DNA of 63,549 nt, the filler included, from Bonamia ostreae (lineage: Eukaryota): NCBI GenBank assembly GCA_040357525.1. It is 16 parts of 16 records of this genome, joined end to end, with 100 filler letters (N's around TTAATTAATTAA, not from the genome) between each part and the next. Parts side by side here need not be neighbours in the genome. Positions count along the whole stretch, not along the records: positions 24,073 to 27,963 come from JBDODL010000402.1; positions 28,064 to 31,942 come from JBDODL010000403.1; positions 32,043 to 35,917 come from JBDODL010000404.1; positions 36,018 to 39,889 come from JBDODL010000405.1; 12 more parts are not named here. The stretch is one strand, 5' to 3'. Position numbers and translations under genes: made by a program. Positions 24,079-36,040 of the stretch are shown piece by piece. A model generated the notes under the pieces. It saw nothing but the letters and a program-made list of their open reading frames with translations. It was not told the DNA's origin and did no database searches. Every line of letters starts with the position of its first letter. The first letter of the stretch is position 1.

Positions 24079-26702
24079 ATGGAAGTTCAAACTGAAGTCA
24101 AAAAGTGCCTAGAAATAATCAATACTGCTAAATCGTTGCAGAAAATTTCTGAGACTTTAGAAAAACTTGTTTCTCTTTCGAGCTCTAATCCAAATTTTGT
24201 TTTATTAAAATCTATGTTTAATCGCGAAAAAAGACATTGGAAACGAACGAAATCGAATATCTTCTCAATTTTTATAATTTAGAAACAAACGATTTTGTTC
24301 TAAATTTTATTTTCCGATTGACAAAATTTCTAATAAACTATTTAAAATCGGATAAAAATCTGCAAAAATTGTCCGATCATTTTTTTAGCGTTTTAAGTAA
24401 AATTTATTAGAAGGGCCAAATTGTGAACAATGTTTTGCGCTTTTTGAATATTAAGAATCTTAATTCTCAAATCGCTTTTCTCGTTTTTTCGGTCACTAAA
24501 ACGAATCCCAAAAAAGCTCAAAAATTTTTCGTTCAATATAAAAATTTTCCTTTTTTCAGTTATTTATTAAGCGACAAAATCGCTTCTGATATGAAAAGTT
24601 TTTATTTTTATGAAAAGTGCACATTTTGTGTATTAGCGCCATTTTGTCGAATGACAATCCTGAAATGCAGAACATTTTCAAACGCAACAAGACTTTTTTG
24701 GATTTTTTGTTCGAAAACATTTTTGTCCAATTTTCTGATGTCGATACTATTAACTCCAACATTTTCGCGCCGTCTTTAATAACTTTCCAACACTCTTTTT
24801 TTGGAAATGATGTTTTCACAAAAACATAAAAGTCTTTAACCGATATTGAAACTGCCAAAATATTGTTCAAAGCGTTCAAAACACAAACTCATTTTGCGAA
24901 CATAAATAAAGCCAATTTGTCGCTGCGCATAAATTTCATTTTTTCTTTCGCGGAATATCTGAAAAACCAACTTGAACGAGATGGCCGAAAAATAATCAAA
25001 TGCTTCGAAGAAGATTCACGTTTCCTTCAAGCAGTCTTGAGGGATCTGCTGACGGCTACTAGCAAATTAAGCATTTTGAGAAAAAGCGAAGCAGACGAGA
25101 GCGTTGCAGAGTTAACTGAAAAGTGCACTGTGAATGTTCTAATCGGAATAAGCGATATCGTAAATAATTCACAAAGTGCCAAAAGACTACTCGCAACAAC
25201 AAAATTTACGGCAATAAACTATTTGGCGAATTTAAGGAAGAAAGAGATAGAACTTAAAAAAGCAGAAAACGAAGAAACAATGAACGGAAATCCTCAAACA
25301 ACAGAAACAAGTTCCATTGTATATCTAATGTGCACTGCTCTGTACGAATCGGAAAGTTTGTCACCTTATTTTGAAAACGTTCTCACGGCGTTTTTCAGCC
25401 AAAACAAAATGGGCCAAAAACTCTCCTCGATGACTTTTGTTTCGCCCTTCGAAACCATCGACAAAGACACCATATCATTTGGAGATATCATTCTTCATCA
25501 TCTCAAAAAGGTTTCCGATTTTAGGATTTTGTTTATCAGCTTTACTGTTTAAGCATTTGCATATAATTGTTTATTTGTCTCAATATTGTTTTGTTCAAAA
25601 TGTTTTCATGTCGTCTTTAGATACTTTGATTTCATGTCGTCTAAATGATTGGCAATAAAACTCGACACAATTACAATTTATTTTGAGAACGTATCAAAAT
25701 AAACAATTTTAAAAAACGAAAGTATCATGACGACAAAACGAACACCTTTAGGCTAAATATTCTATTGAGAATGTTAAGTAATATCTTGTTAGGCAATTTG
25801 GAAACGAAAGAAAAATTTTTAAACATCAGAATTAACTTTGACCAAAAGTCCGTAACATTTCTTCCGAGACTAATAGCATCGTTGTTCGTTAAGACCACAG
25901 ACGAATCTGTTCGAAACAACGCGCTTTTTCTCTTATCAGTCTGGCTCGCAGATTACAGCAAGACTGCGCGAGTCGTCTTTAAAACGCCACTAAAATTTTT
26001 GCCCAAATTTGTCGAAAATTACGACAAATCGCCTTTAAATTTATCTTTCTTCTTCTTTTTGTTGTTAAAATACTGTCCCGAGCTAGAACTGCCGCCAAAC
26101 GCTATTTGCGATCCTTTAAAAGCAGACACGGGAAAATTTCTCGTCTACAGTTTAATAACAGATTTGATCGGTACGCAAAACTTACATAAAAATCTCATCG
26201 ATTTGATAAACTTGAATTCGGCTTTAGATGAAAAATCTATTTTTCACAAAATGCAAAAATCTTTTTGCGAAAAAGAGACGGAAAGTTTTGAAAAAACGAT
26301 GGAAACTTATCTGAATAGCCAGAAAGCAGCATTTGAGATGAAGAAAGATTACAAAAAAATTGCGAAAAATGGCAAAACGGATCAGATAAAAAATTTTGTT
26401 TTAGCTTTGAATGAACAGCGCTCAAGAATAAAAAGTTTGGAAGAACAAAATAAAGTTTTGACTGAGGAAAATATCAAATTGCGTGTTGAAATTAAACTTA
26501 ATTTGCAGAATAAAGATAGATCGGATGGTTCAAAATCCAATGAGGATCTTTTTGTCTTAGTCGTTTTTAGCAAATTTAAATACGAATTTTATAATTGCTG
26601 TTTTTTGTAAATATTGCAAAAAATAATAATTTAAAGGGCGAACAAGATGAAACAATAAAAAAGCTGAAATCTGAAATTTTATTGTTAAAAAAAGGAAATT
26701 AA
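24079..26702 (+). CDS. USO1: Uso1/p115-like vesicle tethering protein with short coiled coil
   Basis: Helical head with LLSVWLADY. C-terminal NEDLFVLV|GEQDETIKKLK resembles p115 'DDLLVLLADQDQKI'. Several GT-AG introns, e.g. 24598-24617. Confidence 0.65.
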
Positions 26703-28278
26703 ATATTATTTACATTTATTGTTTCCATTTTTATATTTCTCATAAAACAGGTTGTTTCAGAAGACATCATGCTACATTTATTATAATCCAATTATACCAA
26801 AGTCAAGTACAATTGGGAGGTGGTTCGATCCTTCAATTACTATTTTTCCCGATATAAAAAAACTCATTGAAACAGTTATAAAGACTGTTCATGCCAAATG
26901 GCCTCCAACTAATGGCTGACTAGAGAAGTTTAACGGGAGTTTCGTCCAGCGCAACCGGGCAAAGAAATTATTAAACATCTTTGTGCTGATATGGTGCCAT
27001 CCTCGCGAGAGGTTCTGGTTGAAAAAAAAACTTAATCCCGAAGTTGATATCTTGAGTAGATTTCCTCTCCTCAAAAATGGTGCAAAGGCTTTAGGGGATG
27101 AACATAGAAGATGGATTCTCTGGTATACAAAACGAAAAAAAAACCATTACTCTTTCTTAATCAGCTTTGCTTTTAAAAACCTATTGAAAACTAGCAGAAA
27201 AAAACTGTAAAATGAGGTAATTTGTTTAAAAAATATTAAATCTTAATCTTTTTAAATTAAAAACAAGAAAAAAACTAACAAATTAAACTAAAAATGTGTT
27301 TATTAAAAACGGATAAATTTTTTACTCCGAAAACTAAGTGTAGATTTAATGTATAATTCTGAAATGATTAAAGCATTATTGTTGGGCGACAAACGAAATT
27401 TTATTCGAGAAAAAGACGAATTTGTCTATACAAAATTAATACCACATACCCGGTTTGATTATATAAGCGATGATATCCACGAAATGGCTGTAATATTAAT
27501 AAGAATGAAGAAAATTCATAAGCGATCTTTAAACAAAAGTCAAAATTCAAGCAATTTTTTGAAATAAAACTTTAGGAATTTTTTATTTTTATATGCAAAA
27601 TAATTTCTGATTTCTAGTACATTTTCACTTACAAATAAATTTAAAAATAAAAAATGGAGCATTTAATAACTTTGAATATGTATACGATAAATAAATGCAA
27701 ATGCATAAATGCAATGGCACAATGTTTCTAAACTCCCAGAAAAATTTTCTTCACCGCGATACAACATCGAAAAAAATGCTTTTTCTTATTACAAACCATT
27801 TTATAAAATCAAGATAGAAAATTATTGAATATGTGCGTTCGTCATCAAATAAAGTTAAAAGAAACTGATTTCAAAATACATCATAAAAATAGATTACATA
27901 CAAACTGCAAAAAAATTATAAAGAGAGATTTTACAAATTCGCAATGTTTTCTTGTTCTCATTGNNNNNNNNNNNNNNNNNNNNNNNNNNNNNNNNNNNNN
28001 NNNNNNNTTAATTAATTAANNNNNNNNNNNNNNNNNNNNNNNNNNNNNNNNNNNNNNNNNNNNATCTTTTTTTAAATTTTTTTTGAAATCTTTTTTAAAA
28101 TTTTTGTTGAAATCTTTTTTATATTTTCGTTTAAATTTTTAATTTTCGTTGAAATCTTTTTTCGTTAATTTTCTTCAAAGATATAGAATGGGAAATTTTG
28201 CTCAAAACCAAAATCTTCGAACAATAAAACAAAAAAAATTTGATTTAAAACCAATTTAAAAAAAATTGGAAGATATTT

Positions 28279-28670
28279 TTACTCGGAATATTCCTCAGAA
28301 CCGAAGAGATCCCCGAACCCTTCCACGTTCTCACCAGCTTCTTCCTCTTTTTCTTCTTCCTCTTCATTTTTCTTTTCCTCTGCGCTTTCAGTTGCTGCTG
28401 CAGGGGCAGATCCGCCAAAAACGCCGCCTTGCATCGCGAGTTCTTTGACATCTTTTCCTTTCAGCGATTCGGCTACGATATTTGCGAAAATGGCATCGGC
28501 GTCACTTCCGGAAGCCTTCAAAATGCTGCTTATCTTGTCTTCTGTGGCCTCCATGTTATCGTCGGCTAAAATGAGAGCGCTCAAAAGACAAGAAAAAAGC
28601 TTTTTGTCGTTGTCCTTTAGCGAATCGATCTAAAATTCAAATTCAAAACATTTTCAAAGGCGTTAGTCAT
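28279..28670 (-). CDS. RPLP1: 60S acidic ribosomal protein P1
   Basis: SALILADD..ATEDKI..ILKA, Ala-rich hinge and acidic tail. 20-nt intron at 28649-28630. Confidence 0.92.
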
Positions 28671-28876
28671 TGAATTTTAGGTTTAGTTTAAAAATGTTAA
28701 TTTTTCTGGCGATTATTATATAGTAATTGCTTATTTAAAATTTAGACTTTTGTTTATAATGGTGCCGAATGTTTTTTATTTATAATGGTATATTAATTAT
28801 TATTGGTCATAATCTCAAAAAGATTTCATTAATTTCATTAATTTAAATTTTGAGTTCAAATTTTCAAAAAGATTTT

Positions 28877-31800
28877 CTACAAATTTTTATTTGTACTGTC
28901 TAGTGCATTTAAGACTGTTTGGATTTTTGGTCGTCTGTCTGGATTTTCATTTAGCAGCAATGTGATTATCTGACTTATTTTTCTTGTAAAGCTATTTTCC
29001 AATAACTTGAAATTACTGTCTGTCATGATTATTTTTCGCCTTTTGAATTTTAAATTTTGACGCTTTTTATAATTTAAATTTTATAAATTTGCCAAATTCA
29101 AAAGAAAATTTGTGTTTTAAACAATTACAAAACATTTTCTTTATCAAAAATTTTTGTTTATCCAGTTGTATAGAAAATTTTTGTTTGCAAAGCAAAATTT
29201 TTTGTATTTTGACGATCAAAATAAGAATATAAAAAAACTTTTTTGTAGCCATCTGCATCGCTATTATTCCCAAACTGTACAAATCCACTGCTTCTGTATA
29301 TGCTTCTCCAGAACTTAGTTCCGGGGGCTAAACATTGTTATCGAAACCATGTTCTGCAAATTAATGTCGGTCTTGGCACAGCCATGGACCGCAACATCTT
29401 TCGCCCGACTAAAATTCCCAACCAAAACCTCTTTTTCTCTCTCCAAAAACACGTTTTCAACCTTAAATAACGAAAAATGGCAAACCGTTAAATTGCGATG
29501 AATCATGTTCGCTTTGTGAATAAAAGAAAGCGCACTTGAAATCTGATAAAAGATATTTATCGCTTCTTCTCGTTTGAAGCCACTGCTTAACTTATCCGAC
29601 AAAGTAGTTCCTTTAAATCTCTTCATTACAATGCACACTTCCACAGCTGGCTTTTCCCAATCTTTGTCCAAATAAACAGTTTTCACTTTGAGAAAATTCT
29701 TTTTTTGGTTGAACTGGGCAAGCCGCGAAGCTTCTCCCAAGTGTTTGTTGACTTTGTTTTGCGATTTGAAACCTTCTGCCAAGTTTGTGCAGGTTCTCTT
29801 TTTGGCGACAAACTTCTCTCCCGTCTTCCGATGTTTTACTAGAAAAAGTCCTCTCTTTTCATTGATTTTTCCGATTGGTTTGAACAACTTTCTTATTTTT
29901 TTCAGATCTTTCTTTTTGTTTGCGTTGGAACTTAAAAATTTTCTGTTTTTCTGTCCACCGCTTTCTTTTAATTTTCAAATTTTGATTAAAATTAGATAAA
30001 CTTGAAAAATCTAACGGAATTCTATTTCCTTTAATCCATTTTATAATGTCTGCGGCCGAAGGTCTTTTTTCGGGTACTGTATTCCACATGTAGAAAATCA
30101 TGTTGTACAAATACGGCGAGCAGAAATCTTTGATGTTGACGAGCACTTCTTTCTGGGGGTCTCTCATTTCAAAAGACGGATGTGTAAAGGAAACCTTTTT
30201 GTTCACAAATTTTACCAAAAAATATATCACGCAGCCCAACGAAAAAATATCTACCGCTTCTGTATAAGGGCGTTTTTCAAATATTTCTTTGGCCTTTGTT
30301 AATTTAATGTTGGTAACAACAATCTCCAAATATTGTTAAATCTTTTTGCAACTTTCAAAAATTGTCAAAAGCGACAAATCTTCGAAAACCGTTAACCACA
30401 AAGGTTTTAAGATGGAGAGATTTTAATCTTTTAAGATAAACTCTCAATTTCTCTCTTGAGTTTAAAGGTCAACATTGTGTTGTACATTTATTTTCTAGAC
30501 ATTAGTTAGAAACATGATAGTACCTTCCCTGACACTGTCTCTCGTCAGAGAAGCGGAAAATTAAAAAATGCGAAAATATTAAGTTTCAATAATTAAACAT
30601 TATCTTCTTTAGAAATTGCCATTTGGACAAAGTTGCAAGATAACATTTTTTAATCAAAGTAACTTTAATACTCATAAAAACTAAAATAACAAAGAAACCA
30701 TATAACTTCTCGAGCCAACAACAGTGCTCGGAGGATCGAAAACATTTTTGAACGACTTCGAAATTCCAAAATCTCCCACCAAAATCTCTCCGTTCTCGTC
30801 TAACAAAATGTTTTCAGGCTAAATTGTAAATTTAAACTTTGATATCTCTGTGAATATATCCCGCGGAATGTATTGAATTTAAAGCTTCACTGATTTCCAA
30901 AACAACTCGCAAAATTTCCGATTCTGATAGCCATTGTGGCTCAAACCTGGATTTGATGTGGGGGTGTTCAGGATTTGTCACCCTCGCTTTTCCATTTTTT
31001 GAATCTTGTAATCTATTGTACACCAGAGAATACAAATCTCCTCCTTTTGCCCATTCCATTGCGAGATTAAGAGTGCATTTAGTTTTTCCATCCTTCTTAT
31101 GATTGAATAGTAACGTTTTTGCGCAAATTTACGGCAAAATTGCCAAAATCATCATCTGTGAGCGCCATTTTTATAAAATTGTCGAAGAAACCGATTATTT
31201 TGTCAGATCCTTTAAACATCGCCAATGTCATTCCCTCGGCGATGAAATTATTGACTGTTAAAAAATATTTGAAAACTTTCGTCGATGGTTTTCGCTGGTA
31301 GTATTTTTAAAACACAATTCAACCCGTTATCTGTTTCAGCCAAATACGCTTTTCCAAAACTTCCTTGGCCTTATTTTTTTAATGCCAATTACCAATTTTC
31401 TTCTTAATGAGATAATTGTCACTGTATCGTATTTTTGGAATTAATTTTGCCTTTTCTTCGTTTTCAAAATATTCCTAAATTTAAAACAATTCGATCGCAA
31501 TAAATTTAAGCAGCAAATTTAAATTTCAAAACTATTTAACGTTAATAAACATCTCGTTGACGCTCACTCGTTACTTTATTGAGAAGCAGTTTGCTTTTGT
31601 ATGAATGTGCATAATCGATGGCAGTGTGACCATTTGCATTCTTTTGAACGATTTTGACTTTAAAAACGACTATTTTGTCATCCGCTTTCAATTGTATCAG
31701 TTTTTTCAGACATTGGATATTCTCTTGTTTCGCTGCTAACATCAATGGCGTCATTTCTTTCTTTTGTTGATGAAAATTTATTGTTTACCCAAATGGCGTT

Positions 31801-31884
31801 TAAATCGGCGTCATGGTCGACGAGCAGTTCTATAAAAGAAGGATCGTCCTTCAAAACGCATTTGTGTAGTGGCGATTTTCCGTT
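28877..31884 (-). CDS. Ankyrin-repeat protein with tandem NEK-like kinase and pseudokinase domains, 5'-partial
   Basis: ANK motifs (SPLH, TPLM, TAID). Kinase 1: IGQGSFG, IHRDIK|PEN, GDFG, DIFSLG. Kinase 2: IHRNLT|VEN, GNFS, PPE, DLYSLG. More than ten GT-AG introns. Confidence 0.85.
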
Positions 31885-32060
31885 CTGTAGAACAGAATGA
31901 TTTGGAAAAACTTTATTTCTCAAATTTACGAGAAAAGGGGCGNNNNNNNNNNNNNNNNNNNNNNNNNNNNNNNNNNNNNNNNNNNNTTAATTAATTAANN
32001 NNNNNNNNNNNNNNNNNNNNNNNNNNNNNNNNNNNNNNNNNNATGTAATTAATTATAAAC

Positions 32061-32429
32061 CGTTATTTCGTCCTTAATAAGTTGCTCAGCCGCAATTTTT
32101 TCTGGCGATTCTCCATTGCGAACTAAGCCTTTTTTGACACAATCGATTGCATTTTTTAAGCGGATGCGACTGTTTCCGATCGGACTCCCTCCCAAATGTT
32201 GGAGTTTTGGAGCCTGTTTTCTAATTTTTTCGGTGACTTTAATGCTGTCTCCAAGCAACAATCCCCTGTATCCGTTCAAATAACAGATAATTTGCGTTTC
32301 GGGGGATTTTTGAGTATAGAACTCGATTAGATATCCGACCGCAGAGGATAAACAAGGGGCGAGCCCTCCCGAAGTAAGAATGGCAACTTTTTGGGTTCTG
32401 GGCTCATTATTCGGGTTCTGCGATCTCAT
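32061..32429 (-). CDS. pfp: Pyrophosphate-dependent phosphofructokinase, 3'-partial
   Basis: KVAILTSGGLAPCLSSAV, YLNGYRGLLLGDS, GGSPIGNSR.RL.N..DCVKKGLV, AAEQL. Confidence 0.9.
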
Positions 32430-33103
32430 TTTAGCGTAGCTAAATTTTACAAGAAAAGGGTTGCTCTATTTAAAAATTTTATACATTGCTTTAATCCCAG
32501 TTTTTGGATTCAAGTTTTGGCCATTTAGAGAAATAGATTTAGTTTTGGCCATTTTTAAGCTTTAGTGGACAGCTTAATTTTAATAAAATGTGCATAAAAT
32601 AATTTAGAAAAATCTCATTTGAAGAATGTTGCTTATTTACTCAGCAAAGCCAAACATTTTAATACAGAATTCTCAAACTGCATTTTAATCTTTTCTCAAG
32701 ATTAATCAAAATTTAATGTTCTGAGAAACTTAACAAATTCGCCAAAAAAAGTTGCTTGCAACATAAACAATTGCAAAACAAAATGAACAAAATCGAAAAA
32801 TTAAAGATCAATCTTTCTATTCTAGTCGTCTTGGTCTTTTTACTTAATGTCTATCTTGGTAAATTTTTGCTTAAACAAAGTTTACTACATCGTTAAGGAA
32901 ATACGGTTTCCAATTTTTTAATTTTTCACTATAAAGCGACCGCAAAAGCTAGTTCTTTTTCCAAATTTTAGCATTCCGGTGAACACGATCAGCACATACC
33001 ATTATGACGAAAATAAATGACTTGTCAATTCCATTTACGATAAATTATGTAAACCACCTAAACTCTCAACTCGTTAGAAACACAAAGAATATTTAGCCAA
33101 TCA

Positions 33104-34390
33104 ATGGCAGACGCCAGAAGTGACTCCGAATCGCATATCTACACCAAACCCCACCGATACGAAAGCGACGACGACGAAGAATATTCGCGAAACGGCCGCC
33201 GCCCCAAAAACCGAGAAAGCTTTTCTCGCCAACAAAACTATAACCGGAACAAACAAAACCGCTCTTCACGGCAACGCCCTTACAGAAAAAAAGACCAGTT
33301 CAACGACCATTTCTCGGCGAACCGTCGTCCCAAGAATTACAAAGACGGTCGAAACACAGAAAATGATTTCCGAAACGACGATTTCGAAAATGGCCAATTC
33401 GACCAAACAGAGCTGTCAAAGAAAAATTTTTTCACCGGTGAGACGAAGTGGCGCAAAGAAAGAAACTGGCGGAGCCCCAGTCGTGACGTCAGACGAAGCG
33501 ATCGAAACGCGCCAAATCTGTCGCCGCAAGAAATCCAATCGCTCGTTCTCGACGAACACGAAAAGTTCAATCGCGCTTACAATCGATTGCTTAAAGACCA
33601 TGTTTGGACTTTTAATCGCGATAAACTAAAATAGCATGACGCAGTTCAAAAACTGCTAAAAATTAGGAATGGCCAAAATTCTAAAAATTTTGCAGATTAT
33701 TCTTCACCACGCAGTTTCCGCAACAATTATGACGACTACGAAGAGAAAAAGTATCCGAGAGAGAGCCAGAGAAATTTTGCGCGGAACGCCGAAACGCGCT
33801 ATCAAGAAAAGATTTCGCGCGGGCTCAGATTTCCTTCTAAAATTGATTACGACAAAGATTTCAAATTGAATGTGAACGCGCGAGAATTCGTTCCTTCCAA
33901 CAAAAAAGATGAGCAGGATCAGAATTATGGCCAGAACAAACGCAATTTCAACAGAAGGAGGAATCTTGATAATAGAAGAAGAAACGATAGCAAGCCAAAA
34001 CCGAGCTGGGCAGACAACGAATTGAGCAACAGGGAAGCGTCTGCGGAAGAGAACAATTTCGAAAATGAATATACGTGGGCTCCACAGGAAAAAAAAGTAG
34101 AAGAAAATGTTTCAAGTGAATCTGAAGTGAATCTGAACGAAATAACGGCTTTGGATGGTTTAAGTAGTGAAGGGGGGAATATTGATTGGGACGATGATAT
34201 CAAAGATGATAAGAATAAAAATGATGATAAGAATAAAAAAGTCGATTTTGATGAAGATGATCAAAAAGTCGATGGAGACAATCAAAAAGTCGGTATTGGT
34301 GGCGATGATCAAAATGATGATAAGAATAAAAAAGTCGATTTTGATGAAGATGATCAAAAAGACGATGGCGATAATAAAAAAGATAAATAA
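33104..34390 (+). CDS. Low-complexity R/N/D-rich protein with PAM2 motif
   Basis: A 33-nt intron at 33602-33634 joins the ORFs. KLNVNAREFVP matches the PAM2 consensus. Confidence 0.7.
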
Positions 34391-34436
34391 AATTAAGTGT
34401 GAAACTTTTAAAATAAATAAAATTTAGCTAAAATAA

Positions 34437-34718
34437 TTAGCTGAAATCGGCGATTTCGTCTATAAACGCGATTATTGTTTTTTCTGAATTTTTGAGAACG
34501 GCTTCGTCTTCCGCTGAATTTCTATTTGTGAAAACTGACGAGATTAGAAGACTTTCTTTGTTTTTCTGCAGTTGATCTTTGTTGCTGAAATCGGCCATCT
34601 TCGTTTTGTAATAAAATTTGGTTTTTTCAAAGTCCGAAATCCCGTTTAAATGCTCAAAATCGTTATTTTCCTAAATTATCCAAATATTAAACCATTTCAG
34701 CTCTTTTTTCCGATAAAT
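34437..34718 (-). CDS. Hypothetical protein; start not located
   Basis: Open frame ..RAEM|ENNDFEHL...DEIADFS* across a ~22-nt GTTT..AG intron. Confidence 0.4.
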
Positions 34719-34861
34719 CTAAAATAGAAAAGACTTAAATTATATGTCAATCACGTAACAATATTACGAAAAAAATAGTAAATCTAAATTTAAATAACAA
34801 CAATTAGCAATTTTTTTATATAATAAATCGCCAAACCAAATTTTTCGAGCTAAATAATAAA

Positions 34862-35706
34862 ATGGACTATTTAGATATTGACTGCAATACGCCAAAAGTC
34901 AAAAACCTTCATTCGCAAATTAAGAAGAAATTGAGCGAACTTTTGAAAACGGAAGAACAAAAAGTCGACGACAATTTGTTAATGGTTCGAAAAGCGATTT
35001 AATTAAAAAAGTATTCTTTGCTTTTGTTCGAGAACAGACACACCAAAGAAAGCATTATCAGCGGCTTAAACACATTTTTCCCCGACAACTCGTCCGCTCC
35101 TTTTGTGGATTGGCTTTGGAAAGTGTTAGAGCCGATTTCTGAAGAGCAAAAAAGACCAAATTTCGATTCGAAAAAATTAAGTGACAAACATATTTCAATA
35201 ACAAAACCGGTTTCAAATCCCAAAAAAACAATTGCGAAAAAATCAATTAAAGCTCAAAAAAACAAAATTCCTTTTGGAAAACAAAATTTTGAGCAAAAAC
35301 GAAAAATTGAGAAAAATCAAAATTTTGAACAAAAACAAAAAAAGAAAATAATGGAACAACTTTTAAAAATGAAAAGTTCAGAAAAGAAAAATATTTTTGT
35401 TGAAACTGTCAAAAACAGTAAAGAAAACAAAAGTATCGACGAAAATCCGGACACAGCGGAATCGAAAAAAATTCCGAATTCTTTTAAGAAAGCGATGGAC
35501 AATTTGAAATTTAAGGACGAGAAAATTAATAAACATTTAATTGGTTTAAATTTTTCGATTAATTTTTGCAATTTTTTATTAAAAATTGAATATTGAAAAA
35601 TTTGGAAATAAGACTAAATTTGATAAAAATTTAGCAAAGAATAAAAATCTGGCACGAGCAGAGTCAGCAGTTCGTTGTCATTTTTGGCCTAAATGTCAAA
35701 AAGGAG
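34862..35706 (+). CDS. ZC3H14: Nab2/ZC3H14-like poly(A)-binding protein (PWI-like domain plus CCCH), 3'-partial
   Basis: IKKKLSEL..DD.L..Y..LL..N..K......L..F....FVDWLWKVL, and later VRCHFWPKC. Intron at 34985-35011. Confidence 0.75.
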
Positions 35707-36040
35707 GTTATTTGAACAAAATTGAATAATTTTGTCATTTAACAACAAAAATTTGCAAAAACAAAATTTGTCGTTTAACGAAACAACAAAAAACAAAAAA
35801 AATTTTCGTTTAACGAAACAACAAAAAATTGCAAAAACAAAATTTTGTCGTTTAACGAAACAATAAAAAATTTCAAAAAAAATTTGTCGTTTAACGAACA
35901 ACAAAAACAAAAAAAAANNNNNNNNNNNNNNNNNNNNNNNNNNNNNNNNNNNNNNNNNNNNTTAATTAATTAANNNNNNNNNNNNNNNNNNNNNNNNNNN
36001 NNNNNNNNNNNNNNNNNACTACAAAAAAATTATTAAAAAA

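Noticed and set aside
26815-26835. tRNA suggested by GGTTCGATCC
   Set aside because: No cloverleaf or acceptor stem can be built around it.
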